From NCBI GenBank assembly GCA_032718475.1, contig JAUCBJ010008894.1, positions 1-49,993 of the forward strand: a stretch of DNA of 49,993 nt, read 5' to 3'. The notes below the pieces were generated by a model, which saw only the letters and a program-made list of their open reading frames with translations, ran no database searches and had not been told where the DNA came from. Shown here in pieces: positions 1-11,750 of the stretch. Within the stretch, counting starts at the first letter, position 1, and every line of letters begins with the position of its first letter. Origin of the DNA: Nemertoderma westbladi. Its lineage: Eukaryota; Animalia; Xenacoelomorpha. The position numbers and the translations under genes were made by a program.

Positions 1-1340
1 AACTCCCTATCACCCATGACATTTGCTAGATCATCCGCATCTTTAAGGCCAGTGTCCTTTAAGATGCGTCTCAAGAAAGTCATGGGCTGTCCACCATGCT
101 TATTCACTCCATGAGGCTGCCAAAGTACAAGATTATGCACTGGCTGGTCCTCACGGCGAAAGCAATGTCCTGCAAAGCGGAGGGGATTTTGTTCTAGTGT
201 CAAGCTTGGGGGAACCAATGAGACACCTCCAATGTTATATAGTGTCTGGTTGGAGATGTGTGCATTGTACTTGACACAATGTACCCGGCGTAGCATTCTT
301 GTGAATGTGCCATCCAGAGATTTGGTGTCCTCAGCAGTTAGAGCCCAGCATGGACTCCCGTAGAGGAGTACTGGAACTACTGCTGCTCTAAATAATCGGA
401 CCTTAAGTTTCCGATTAATTCTAGGTGATTTCCAAATCCTGGAAAGCCTATTCAAGGCTGCCCATGCCTTTCCCTTACGTATTCGAAGGTCCTCACCTGA
501 CTTCCGGATCCATGATCCCAGGTAACAGAAGTCGTCCACATGCTCAAGCATACCATCCTTTGAGCTTATGCTCATCCGATCAGAGACTTGCTGAGGACTT
601 TCAAAGTTAACTGTCAGAATTTTGGTCTTTCTGGAGTTAATAAAAAGACCAACACTAGAAGCAGCATGTTCTAATGAGCTGAGGAGCCGCTGGGCTCCCT
701 CTAATGATTCTGAGAGTACTCCTAAGTCATCAGCAAAGTCTAGATCAGTTAGGTACTTGGCAGGATTTCCTCGACTTCTGGAGCCAGTAGGTGGAGTTAT
801 CATCACCCCATCATCATTATGATGATGTAAGGACATGCGTATAGAACATAGTCAACCACAATAATGAACAAGAATGGTGCAAGTGTGTCTCCTTGGAGGA
901 CGCCCCATAACACTTCAAATGGTTCTGTGTCACCGTCAACAGTAGACACAAATGTTGTCGAACCATCGTATACTGATCTGATTGCTGCAATAATTTCATC
1001 AGGAATCCCATATAATGAAAGTATGCTGAACATACGTGAGCGAGAGACTGAATCAAAGGCCTTGAAGAAGTCAACAAAGATAACAGCCAGATGCCTGTCT
1101 TTCTTTTTTGATAACTCTTCAATTATCCTTCTAAGTGCCAAAATGGGCTCCATGGTCCCACGACCTTTACGGAACCCATTCTGATTTCCACGTAGCAGTC
1201 TCTCAATGGGATCCCTGATGCGATTTAATAGAATTCTATTGTATAGTTTTGCAGCAATCGAGATCAATGAGATTCCCCGAAAAGAACCATGGAGTGTTAG
1301 GTTGCCCTTCTTGGGAACTGGCACCAACTTATTTGTTTTC
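1..1340 (-). mobile_element. Degenerate, 5'-truncated non-LTR retrotransposon (RTE-like LINE), RT domain and C-terminus
   Basis: Minus-strand translation gives LVPVPKKG..FRGISLIS, QNGFRKGR, FVDFFKAFDSV, GVLQGDTLAPFLF. After a frameshift near 830 it continues LTDLDFADDLG and ends in LRFAGHCFR-type sequence. Runs off the window start. Confidence 0.85.
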
Positions 1341-1408
1341 ATTTCTTGTGGGACTCTTGTTGTACGGTACATGTCTGGGGCATATGCAATATGGCAGTAT
1401 GGACCTCT

Positions 1409-1950
1409 GGGGCGAATCGACTTGGACAGTCGACTGATACGCCCCACTTCCAAGTCCATTCGCCCCAGATGATACTTATTGAATGTTTTACAAACATTCA
1501 CTTGTTACAAACACTACCCTCGATATTTTTTAGACCTTATCAATCTAATAAATATTATTTTTAGTTAATTTATTTTTTATATTTTTTAGATCTTCAAACT
1601 ATTGCAATAAATTACAGTAGAAATCTTGTTACAAACACTTTTGAACCTCGATTACGCGTAATATTTTATCAAGATCATATAATGCTGTAATGTGAAACAA
1701 ATTGATAAGGTAAATCAAGCAAATCCAAATGTTGTTTCTGTCTACTTTCCTTTTAAGCTTCAATATATCAGTATATTGAATCACGTGACTCACATGCAAC
1801 AGTGACAACTCTAATAGGCAACTCCATGTGGCTCAGAAAGCTCGGTAAACCATTCAATAATATCATATGGGGCGAATGGACTTGGAAGGTGGGGGGAATC
1901 AGTCAACTGTCCAAGTCGATTCGCCCCAGATGATACTTATTGAATGTTTT
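1409..1950. repeat. Two copies of a ~58-bp hairpin (GGGGCGAAT-GACTTGGA...TCCAAGTC-ATTCGCCCC) with a shared downstream flank
   Basis: Copies at ~1409-1467 and ~1869-1927, both followed by AGATGATACTTATTGAATGTTTTAC. Confidence 0.7.
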
Positions 1951-2029
1951 ACTAATATTCTTTTTAGGTACAATGATATTAGAAATTGCAATATTGAAAC
2001 CTTGTTACAAACACTACCCTCGATTACGC

Positions 2030-2445
2030 GGTAGAAGTTTTACTGGTAATTCTGGTAGAATCTCGAATAATTTGTTTTAAACCAAACAAATTTAAAATAC
2101 TTTGGTACTGTTTACAGATGGGGGATGCTTTGTGATGGTAACAGATATTAAAATCACCTAAGAAATATATTTCACAGTCTGACCTAAGATTACATAAAAT
2201 TGTATTTTCAAAATTTTGCAAAAAATCTGATTGTTTAGGGGGCCGATATAAAGTACCGATTAAAATAGGTTTAGTTTTAGGAAGTTAAAGTTCCACCAGT
2301 AAAACTTCGTCTCAAGACTCTAAATCTTCCCTACGATTAAAAGCTAAATCACATCGAATGTAAGTACAGACACCACCACCGTGTCTGACCCTATCCTTAC
2401 GTAAAACTACGTAATTATCAATATAAATTTCTCCATCAGAAACGC
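2030..2445 (-). mobile_element. LINE (CR1/L2-group) APE endonuclease fragment
   Basis: Translation includes GGGVCTYIR, ILIGTLYRPP and FLGDFNI. ~2030-2217 is a near-exact reverse complement of ~43047-43232. Confidence 0.8.
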
Positions 2446-2780
2446 TATGATTGATCTTGGCTTGGATTTATTGATTAAAATACGAATTTCGGAAAGTTTG
2501 GGAAATTTTTGGGAATTTAAATATTCCAATGGAAACAAAGATACTTGAATCATGAGACGTGAATTTTAAGTCTACTTTTTATTCATCCTGTGTTTGTATG
2601 TGAAAGAGCCGAATATTATTTATTACCAGTGCTGTATAGATTTAAGTAATTTAAGTAAGAGATTTAAGTTTCCGATTCTGTTATTCCATTTGTCTGATAA
2701 TCAGATACCTGACATACAGTATACCGATACTTGCTTAACAACTCAACCCTACCGGACCTGAAATTAAAAATCATTGTTAT

Positions 2781-2966
2781 CAGGACTGCTACGCGTAGCA
2801 CCTACGCGTAGTTTCAAAATACCTACGCGTAGTTCCAAAATAACTACGCGTAGTTTTAAAACACCTACGCGTAGTTGTTAAAAAGGTAGTAAGTCTGGCC
2901 CCACAGGTAAATAACAGGAATGGAAGTTACAAACTACGCGTAGCTACGCGTAGGCCTACGCGTAGG
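2781..2966. repeat. Cluster of eight CTACGCGTAG palindromes, probably a DNA-transposon/MITE end
   Basis: CTACGCGTAG occurs 8 times, four of them at 21-bp spacing. The cluster begins with a CAGG terminus-like sequence. Confidence 0.55.
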
Positions 2967-3369
2967 TCGAAAAGATTTACCCCAAAAAAAGTAGCATAAA
3001 ATTATAATTATGTACGCTGAGATGACTTGCAGTTTCTGTTGCATCTGTCTGTCCGAAATTATCTATCTAATTTCAGCACCATCGGTACCACACCACACTA
3101 CTGTATGCAACAAACGGTGTAATGTAAGACTTATATCTGAAAATTATCTGATGCAGTGATTAATGCATAGAACTACAACTAACAGTCTGACAGTAGGCCC
3201 TACCAGCTGATTTTAAATCAGTTAATTCAGTAATTATTGTTGACACGCTGACACGTCGGGAACATACGGTCAGACGGTACTCTGGCTGTCTTCTGCACCG
3301 TTTAAAGTTGCAAATTACTGAAGTAAAGAAGTACCATACGCCATAGGCCTACAGAAGTATACAATTCCA

Positions 3370-5598
3370 ATGTCTACTTCTGGTGGGTCTCACAATGTTA
3401 CTACAATGGATATTGAGAGATACATAAAACAAAATTGCAGCTGGGATAAATTACCATCTTCTCTGAAGAATGTCATGGGCAACAGGGAACGGGAATATAG
3501 CTCGAAAGTGTACCAATACAGCATAAAAAATCAACTCCGCTACAAAGGAAACCTGATAAGAAACATTGTAAAAAATGAGAAATCCTACTACAGGGAACTC
3601 TTACTACATTCCAGAACCAACTTAATGCTATTCCCTTATCATTTGCAAGATGTGGTGGTAAAAGGCTTTCGAGAAACCCCTTTCCTTTACTACCAGTCGG
3701 TTCTGGAATTTATCATGAAGGAAGATAAGAGTTACGACTCGTTGCCCAACTTTACTGCCGCTGATTGTCTGCGGGTTTTAGGAATCGGTCGCAACCAATA
3801 CATCGATCTTATGAACCAATGCCGCGCATCCAAATCCTTCTACTTTAATAAAAGAAAGATTAAAGAGTTGCTTCCCACTAAACCCGTCGACAGTATAACA
3901 ATCGAGTCTTGGTGGTTGATTTGCCCCGGTTCTATTACAGAAGACGACGTGCGACTTTGCAACGATGTAGAGAAGACAACTATTGACACTCTTATCGATT
4001 TCGGCCCTCAACCCGCCTGCGATCTCGACAGAAAGACGATATACAAGTTGTATATCCGGGGTCTAGTCTATATAGACATCCCGATATCCAACTCCGATTA
4101 CATCGTGGTACCACCGCTGGAGGGATTCGTTATGAACAGAGTTCTAGGGGATTATTTCGAGAACCTCCTATACAAGATATTCGTCTCCATGGACGAACAC
4201 ACCACCGTCCTCGAACTATCCAACATCCTGCAAGTCGATATAAACTTGGTGAAGAACGGAGTAGCGACTTACATACGTTTAGGGTTCGCTTATAGAAAGG
4301 GTAAAGATAACGAATCCAACGTGATGCATCCCTCGTGGCAGTGCGAATCCTCGTCTACCAATAGTTTAAGTCGTGTATCCGCTGTTATGGACGAGCTCCC
4401 TAGAGGCGCCAGTCCCGATACCGGGCCAACCGACAACCATGTTAAACGAATCGGCCTTCTGTACGACTCTAATCTTACCGCCTTTCTCATGATGGGGAAC
4501 CTATCCTTCGGACTCAAAACCCACGCGGTTACGATGTTCGAGGTCGGTAAGCTAACCGACGAGTGTCTCGACAGTTTGGTGCAGGAGTTGGATGGAGTCG
4601 ACGCTTCCGGTAACCACGACAGCGAGACCCAACGATATTTCGACCACGCGTTGACTCTTAGGAACACAATAAAACGACTGCGAAACAGCCCCGATCTCGG
4701 GGTTGGCGAGGAATTGGGCGTCGACCTGTTGCGCTGCGAATCGTTGCAGTCGCTCGACGCGGCCGCTTGTCATCGCATCTTCACGAGGAGTTACCGCGTC
4801 CTCATCTCGCTGTCTCCGTTGAGTAAAGAAATCCGCCCGATCTACAGCTCCTACCCTCACCATCTGGGACCCCCACTCCCCGAATGCCACTCCCTTTGGT
4901 TCCATTTGTACGTATACCACATCCTCGGGTCCGGTCCCCCCTCCCTGCTTCTCCCTCACGGTGCCGTCTTCTCCGTTATGCCCAGCGTTTTCTTTCAGTA
5001 TTCGCAGTTGCTGATGACGTCATGGAAGCACGATCCGGTCGTTATAGCAACGTCGAACGCACTGATACTCGTCAACGAGGCCTTGCTGCATTCCTCCGTG
5101 TTACTCCAAGGTTACGGTTTATATTGCAACCCAATAATTCGATACATTCCTTTTCCATTTCACCCCACTTCAACTCGTAACTCACATCCTCAACTAGTTT
5201 CATTATCTAACGAATTAGACCTAGAAAATAACTGCGGCTACATAACATTTGTTAATAGCGATCATAATAATTTATTAGCTCCAAAGGAAAATACAGAAAG
5301 CGAAAGAGAACGATCTGAAGACATATCCAAGTCCTTTATATTCGAAGTGACTTTTGGGGTTCCGATATTCGATGTTGGTCTTAACGATGACGTCACAAAA
5401 TCTGTAATAGCCAACAAGATTTGTTCCCAAGAGAACTCTAAACTGTTGTTGGAATCCAATAGACGACTCTGTTTGCGGTTGTTAACATTTATCAGTAATT
5501 GGGCCGGAACTGACAGTCAGGAGTTGTCGTACGTTATGCCAACGCGTTTGCTTCTGTTTAATGAAGGTCAACTTCAGTTTTGGAACCAAATACACTGA
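3370..5598 (+). CDS. FAM91A1: FAM91A1 homolog (WDR11/FAM91A1 Golgi vesicle-tethering complex), single ORF
   Basis: 742 aa with recognisable conserved blocks: YSIKNQLRYKGNL, SYDSLPNFTAADCLRVLGIGRNQYIDLMN, VPPLEGFVMNRVLGDYFENLLYKIFVS, LTAFLMMGNLS, HAVTMFEVGKL. Confidence 0.95.
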   Translation: MSTSGGSHNVTTMDIERYIKQNCSWDKLPSSLKNVMGNREREYSSKVYQYSIKNQLRYKGNLIRNIVKNEKSYYRELLLHSRTNLMLFPYHLQDVVVKGFRETPFLYYQSVLEFIMKEDKSYDSLPNFTAADCLRVLGIGRNQYIDLMNQCRASKSFYFNKRKIKELLPTKPVDSITIESWWLICPGSITEDDVRLCNDVEKTTIDTLIDFGPQPACDLDRKTIYKLYIRGLVYIDIPISNSDYIVVPPLEGFVMNRVLGDYFENLLYKIFVSMDEHTTVLELSNILQVDINLVKNGVATYIRLGFAYRKGKDNESNVMHPSWQCESSSTNSLSRVSAVMDELPRGASPDTGPTDNHVKRIGLLYDSNLTAFLMMGNLSFGLKTHAVTMFEVGKLTDECLDSLVQELDGVDASGNHDSETQRYFDHALTLRNTIKRLRNSPDLGVGEELGVDLLRCESLQSLDAAACHRIFTRSYRVLISLSPLSKEIRPIYSSYPHHLGPPLPECHSLWFHLYVYHILGSGPPSLLLPHGAVFSVMPSVFFQYSQLLMTSWKHDPVVIATSNALILVNEALLHSSVLLQGYGLYCNPIIRYIPFPFHPTSTRNSHPQLVSLSNELDLENNCGYITFVNSDHNNLLAPKENTESERERSEDISKSFIFEVTFGVPIFDVGLNDDVTKSVIANKICSQENSKLLLESNRRLCLRLLTFISNWAGTDSQELSYVMPTRLLLFNEGQLQFWNQIH

Positions 5599-6122
5599 TA
5601 GTTGGTGCAATTATGCAATCCGATTATACTATACATTCCTTGATTAGAATATAAATGGAGTTTGTTGCAGTAGTTTACGATAATTATCAATAATAAGAAG
5701 TGTGTTTCATGTGAAATATTAATTTAATGATTCTAAATTTCTCATGTATTATCCAATTAAGTTTTATGTTAAATAAACTTCTTCAATCGCATTATCAATT
5801 GGCCCAGTTGATGCTGGTAGGTCATCGGTAGGTTCCTGGTAGGTAGTTTGGCGCCATTCCGATCACAGAATTCGTAAACGGCTGGACCTCGATAAAACAC
5901 CTGATGCTGTAGGTCTCGCTGGCTCTCGCAGAAACCATTCCAATCTTCAGCCACTAAGCTCGCTCACCCGTAATGTAATTGTTATTATCCAATCATTTAC
6001 TCTTTACACTCCCGACAATAATACGTCATGCTATATTGACCCACTATAATATCAATATGGACTATAACATAGAGAGGGGGGGGGGGGGGGGGGGGGGTTA
6101 TGATTATGTAGAATTACTAAAC

Positions 6123-6426
6123 TACTCTAGTCCCTCATAGACGGGGCGACAATTCTCTTATTCCAGACACCCTATTGCGGGCCAGACTATTAATTTTATC
6201 TAAAAAATTTAGTACAAATTTTGTACTTGCAGAGTTAGTAATTGTAAGTTTAAATCTGAGTACGACAAATTGCAATTGCGCCGGTGGCGGACGAAAAGTT
6301 GAAATTTTTTTTTAAAATTTTCCACCCACCACGTTTATTCCAGCCACCCCGACTAATTAGCATAATGACATTTTTCCATCCACCCCGTTTAATCCACCCA
6401 CCCCGTCTATTCTTGACTCCAGAGTA
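6123..6426. mobile_element. Putative MITE with imperfect TIRs and TA termini
   Basis: Left end TACTCTAGTCCCTCATAGACGGGG versus right end (reverse complement) TACTCTGGAGTCAAGAATAGACGGGG. Subterminal CCACCC(C)G repeats. Confidence 0.45.
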
Positions 6427-6803
6427 CACGTTTACCAAGTTTGGTTCCATTTCATAAACAAAATGACCGACGTATTACATTAGCGTTCAAACATTTCCAA
6501 CGACAGGCGGTCCACTAATAATACCGCTACGCTAAGGCTTAAGTAGTCTTCGTGACTCACCCCCAATACAACTAATCGAAAAATTTTAAAGAATAAATTT
6601 ATTTAGGTATTCCGACCCTGAATTATTACGTGTAATTTACTATTAAAATTACTAAGGAAAATTCGGCACAAGTTATGTTTAACTTTAATTAAATAAATAA
6701 AATACTTTAATAACTGGTTTAAACTGGAATTATTACAATTACTACATAAAATGGATTAAGATTTCTAAAAACATGGGAATAAGGTGTTAGTTGTGCATTT
6801 ACT

Positions 6804-9800
6804 TTACTGAAGCAAACATGCACTCCCAGTTTCTGCAACTGACTCTGTTGCAACATTTTGCTCAGATTCACAACTACCGTTACTAGCTAATATTGGATCT
6901 GAGTCTATAGACACAAAATTGATTAAATCTTGCACAATACATTTACACCTTAATATGAAAGGTAAATAGCCTCTACATGAATTTATGCACCATGCTTCCA
7001 GTGATATAAGCCCCTCCAAAACGTTATTATCGCAATGCGGGTATCTATTAGATATTGCTGCAGCAATGGCTTCGGAGAACAAAGGAACATCCCGGAGAGA
7101 TGTCGCTAAAATTAACGACCAATCAATGCATCCTGACGATATTGCACAGTCGCACAGCCACCGCAGCTTAGCTTGCGTAAAGTTCCGAGGTTTACCAAAG
7201 GGGAGTTCCCTTGCAGGAGTAAAGTCCGGTTCGGATTGATCGTCAACAATAGTGGATTCGTTTGAACTGTCGACATCGTTTCTTAGTTGAGTCATTAACG
7301 ATTTGGTCTCAGGAATGTCTAACGGGACCAGGTAAGAATTAATTAATTTACTGTCCCCCGATATACTGGGCGTTGATGCTTCGCTAGATGGAATGATATG
7401 ATTTGATAGAATCTTATAAGGGGGGTCAGCAGCTGCATCAGTTGGGGAATCGCATTGTTCTTGTAGATAAGGTATTTGTTTGAAACGGTAGCTACCAGGA
7501 AAGGGAAATTGAAACTGTTCGTGTATACTTCGAAGTGCTTTCGGGAAGTTGTTAATTCTTGCGGCCCTATCGCACTCATTGGTCATCCATTTCACTAAAT
7601 CGAAGCCTAAACAAGCGCTCATCATTCCCAGATGGTAAATATTGAGGTTTTGAAGCAATAAACGAGCGTGTCTATGAAGAATAATGTCGATAAAGTGTGA
7701 TTGAGTGACCATCGTAAGGTCGAGGTCATTGGAGGTGGAACCCAATGGGGGGTGCGGCGAAACTGGTGAATGTGATGAAGAGTCGATACGAACCGAGGAG
7801 TGTCCTTCAACATTTGGATACATCGGAATTGGGGTCGCTGGGGAATATTGAGACTGACTTATTTTGCTGGTTGGTGAGGTAACGGGAGACGGATGAGATG
7901 CCGGAAATTGGAAAAAATTGTCATCAGGATTTCCAACAGTTTTAACGAAACGGACAATATCCATAGCCAAGTCCCACCTTTTGTGAGATAAAACGGAATT
8001 TAGCAATTGAGTTGCAAATTTCCGACTCGAATGCATCGGTTCCAGGTTCTGTAATACTAAGAGGTAGGACATTGCTGTGTCGAAGGCACCGGACTCGAGG
8101 CATTCAATGAACAGGTTACTGGGGGAACCGATCACGCCGAAAAGATGCCGCCAATGAGAAAGCTCAGTTTTTCTCGCGCAATGCGCAAAAACGCGTAGAT
8201 AGTGGCGCGGAAACTCGCGGATGAAGGTAACGACGGCCGGCAGTAGCGGATTAGCAACGGGTACCCCGGAAGTGGCCTCATCCTCGAGGACTTCGTGGAG
8301 CATGAGTTCGAGAACGTGGGAGAAGTGTGGGAGCTGGGAGGAGAGAGCCGCCAGATCCAAGGCGTGTTGGCCCAGGTTGGATCGCACTAACTGATGGAAA
8401 ACTTGATTTAAATACATCTCGGTGGAATGAATTAAAGTATAAAAAGTCGAACCAAAGGTCGACTCGGTTGATGCAAAGGGAGTCGTTACGCAATCTGTTA
8501 CTGTGCTGTGAACAACGCCATCCTTAAAGGATATCGCAATGGGGTGAACAGAAAGTGAAAGGGGCAACATAATTTTTCTAGAAAGAAACTTGTTATCCGA
8601 TGATTGGCTTAAACTCAACCATATTCTATTGCCATGGGAACCACAATTGAGCCAAATGAGAGCGTCGCTCGTCCACAAATATTCCACGCAACTCGCGACA
8701 ATGATAGCAGCGCCGAATGGACGAACGGAATAGGACTCGTAAGTTTCGCTTCGATCCCGTTCGAACATTAGAAGTTTACCAGCTATGTTTAGAAATAAAC
8801 TCTCCGGGTAAACCTGTGAGTGGTTATTATCTCCGGTTGGGCGAGTGAGTGGCAGGCTAGAGAGCTGGAAGTTAACCAAACATTGTGGATGAGGGATTAT
8901 GGCGTTTAAGTCAATATTCTGCACGTTATCGTAGGCTACTGAGTTATTTGATAAAAGAGATAGTTGAAAAATAGATAGTATTTTGTTACTTTGGAATACA
9001 CCGAGAGTGTCTTTACAGGTGTCAATAAGTAGTACACGTTCGTTGATTTTCTTCACGGAGGTATTATTATTATCTAACCGCATGGAGAGGGAATAACATC
9101 TCAGTAAAGTTTCTTTGCTTTTTGATAAATTACAACACGCAGCTATTAAGTGATTGTGCCACCATGCCAAACCGCCTTGGACTGAGAAACTGCTCTCCTG
9201 GGTCTCATTCCCGAATAAACACCACCGTTTTCTCAGCAGGGAATAATAAAGCAACCCGTAAGCGCCGCATACAGCGATGCAGCTGGCTTCCCAAGAGATC
9301 GAAACATATTTAAACGGATAATTATTGAGTAAATAAACCGGTGGAATAAACGCGACGAACCACTGACGAACCAACCCCGCCGTTCGCTGTACGCAAGTCG
9401 ACGAATCCATCCGTTTTATCAGCAATCTGTCGTCCCCAACTAGTACCACTCCGTTATGATCGGAACTAGACGAGGTGTTGACTGACTTTAAAAACGTTCG
9501 ACTGTAAAAGGAAACCGCGTCAGGGAACGCGTAAATTAACTCGAATCCGTTAATAGACCAATCAGCTGCCGCTATCGATTGGTTTGCAGATGAACCCGGA
9601 GATATGTAGAGCAACGTACCGAAGGTGCTCCATAAAGCGACGCCGCCGTAACGCCACGATACCAACATAGTTTCCCCGTCTGGAGTCCATCTCATAAAGG
9701 TAACGTCCCCTATACATTCAGTGGAAGGCAGACAACTCGGTGGTATTAACATTTTATGTGAAGGCTGCAGTGCCCCTGAGTATTCGTCCACCGTATAGCA

Positions 9801-10598
9801 AACAATACTACCGGAAGTGCAACCGAAGCAAAGCATACGAAATACATTGTTAATAGCTTGGCAACTGGCGATGTTCAACTCCGGGGCCAAAACGCCCTGA
9901 AAGATTTTAGAACCAGTTGTCGCTGATAAAAACGCAGCCTGGCCATTATTTAAGACAACGCAAATTCCATTCAACGCGCTGGACCACTCTAAGGTAGTAA
10001 TGTGATACCCCCGGTTGGCTTCTAAAAAGGTCGACTTAGAATGGAGATCCGAAGAAAAGGGGATCACAGATAGTTTCATAAATAAACATCTGTTATTGGA
10101 AGTTCCTGTCCAATTGATGGAATGTAAAGTGCCGCAGTCAGTGGCAACCAGTATCTTATCCGATTGTATAGGACAGGCGCAGGTTATCTGTCCCGGTACG
10201 GGGAGACCGTGACTGAATGACAAGTCTACAGTTGGAACAGCCCCATCGTATATAATATTCATTCTTCTAGTTGTACTTCCTTGCGTCAAATTGAAGCAGC
10301 AGTCGTCAGAGAAATGGATACGAAAGATTAGGACGAACCCCTGATTGGTTGGAGTTGCTAATGTTGTATCGTCTATCTTCCAAAAACACGAAATGTTCTC
10401 GCCGTACATATAAAGAGAAGATTTCGATCGACAAAACACGCATAATTGACAAATCGGTTTGCAGTACCACAAATATATACAGGTTGTTGTGAGAGCAACA
10501 AACATTGTTTTTTTGTGGTTGAACTTTATATATATTACAGATTCATCCAAAGATGGAGTCGATATATATGACTTTGGTTGGCAATAAGGAGAATACAT
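6804..10598 (-). CDS. RIC1: RIC1 homolog (RAB6 GEF subunit, partner of RGP1), single ORF
   Basis: 1264 aa with a WD-like N-terminal region, WCLFGNETQE, GGLAWW, LNCGSHG, FSHVLELMLHEVLEDEA, HCARKTE, SYLLVLQNLEP. Ends in CaaX-like CLLQ. Confidence 0.93.
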   Translation of the reverse strand: MYSPYCQPKSYISTPSLDESVIYIKFNHKKTMFVALTTTCIYLWYCKPICQLCVFCRSKSSLYMYGENISCFWKIDDTTLATPTNQGFVLIFRIHFSDDCCFNLTQGSTTRRMNIIYDGAVPTVDLSFSHGLPVPGQITCACPIQSDKILVATDCGTLHSINWTGTSNNRCLFMKLSVIPFSSDLHSKSTFLEANRGYHITTLEWSSALNGICVVLNNGQAAFLSATTGSKIFQGVLAPELNIASCQAINNVFRMLCFGCTSGSIVCYTVDEYSGALQPSHKMLIPPSCLPSTECIGDVTFMRWTPDGETMLVSWRYGGVALWSTFGTLLYISPGSSANQSIAAADWSINGFELIYAFPDAVSFYSRTFLKSVNTSSSSDHNGVVLVGDDRLLIKRMDSSTCVQRTAGLVRQWFVAFIPPVYLLNNYPFKYVSISWEASCIAVCGAYGLLYYSLLRKRWCLFGNETQESSFSVQGGLAWWHNHLIAACCNLSKSKETLLRCYSLSMRLDNNNTSVKKINERVLLIDTCKDTLGVFQSNKILSIFQLSLLSNNSVAYDNVQNIDLNAIIPHPQCLVNFQLSSLPLTRPTGDNNHSQVYPESLFLNIAGKLLMFERDRSETYESYSVRPFGAAIIVASCVEYLWTSDALIWLNCGSHGNRIWLSLSQSSDNKFLSRKIMLPLSLSVHPIAISFKDGVVHSTVTDCVTTPFASTESTFGSTFYTLIHSTEMYLNQVFHQLVRSNLGQHALDLAALSSQLPHFSHVLELMLHEVLEDEATSGVPVANPLLPAVVTFIREFPRHYLRVFAHCARKTELSHWRHLFGVIGSPSNLFIECLESGAFDTAMSYLLVLQNLEPMHSSRKFATQLLNSVLSHKRWDLAMDIVRFVKTVGNPDDNFFQFPASHPSPVTSPTSKISQSQYSPATPIPMYPNVEGHSSVRIDSSSHSPVSPHPPLGSTSNDLDLTMVTQSHFIDIILHRHARLLLQNLNIYHLGMMSACLGFDLVKWMTNECDRAARINNFPKALRSIHEQFQFPFPGSYRFKQIPYLQEQCDSPTDAAADPPYKILSNHIIPSSEASTPSISGDSKLINSYLVPLDIPETKSLMTQLRNDVDSSNESTIVDDQSEPDFTPARELPFGKPRNFTQAKLRWLCDCAISSGCIDWSLILATSLRDVPLFSEAIAAAISNRYPHCDNNVLEGLISLEAWCINSCRGYLPFILRCKCIVQDLINFVSIDSDPILASNGSCESEQNVATESVAETGSACLLQ

Positions 10599-11565
10599 CT
10601 TATGTTATTTATTTATTATAAATAGATAATATATAATAAATAGAAATATATTTATAACATAGGCCTACTGTAATAGCTGAATATACTTAATTCTGTAATA
10701 CAGTAATAGGCCTACTGCAATATACCTAATGAATAGACTAGCACTAGCCCAATCTACGCTAAGTAGAGCTAACATGACAGGCAGGACACAGGTGAGCCGA
10801 GATCGTAAGGTCTAGACTGCTAGAAGTCAGGCCGTGCAGCCTATTTCTTATTGCTAGACCCCAAATCTTATTTGTTTATTTTATTGTTGATCCTGAGTTT
10901 CAGTTTAGCCCCTTTATAATATATTAAATAATAGGAAATTTCAATTTAACCAATATATTTCAGCTACCAGGGCTATCCATCGTATACAATAAAATAAAAA
11001 CCACTTTACATAATACAATGAAATACAATATTCAAAATTCAAATATTTTTACATATTTAGAATCCTTGCATGGCCAGCTTTCCAACAATATAAGATTGAA
11101 GAATAACTGCAATACTACTGCACTGGTGCAATAGCGACGGAGACACCCTTTCTACGACTGGTGCTACGAATTTGTTGAATTTTGGGGGGGCAGGGGGGGG
11201 GGGGGGGGTAGGGTGGGCTGGTGGGGTGTAAATAAATAAGTATAACTACAAATAATTATTAAAGATCAGACAATAATTACAATATTAATACAATAATTCT
11301 TATTACAGTAGGCCTATCTGCCTATTACCAGATTACAGTATTATGCACAGCGATTTGTTCTGAAATAGGCCTAACTGCTATACCGGTACTGTATTGCGCA
11401 TTTTGTGATTGAGTAGAAGGAAACTTACTGTTGTACTCTGTACCACTAGCCCATAGGCTGATAGGAAATTATCCGATCTGCCAAAGATCAGAAAAAAAGA
11501 AACACAAAGACAAACAGGTATAAACTAAAAAATTAATAATATAAGTACAAGCTCATAGTATCAGC

Positions 11566-11750
11566 TGGGTGAACTTAGATCCTAACTAGGTGAACTTAGA
11601 TCCTAAAAAGGTGAACTTAGAACCCAATTTATGCTATTAAAAGCCTTTATAGCACTATATGCAAGGCGGGATCTAAGTTCGTATGTTGAGGATCTAAGTT
11701 CGGGAAGGATCTAAGTTCGTATGGGAAGGATCTATGTTGATCCTAATTCC
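11566..11750. repeat. MITE-like inverted repeat cluster
   Basis: Three GGTGAACTTAGA(T)CC units face three to four inverted GGATCTAAGTTC units. Confidence 0.55.

Noticed and set aside
1341-1501. N-terminal part of the 232-aa RT ORF
   Set aside because: It reads through unrelated hairpin-repeat sequence beyond the LINE truncation point.
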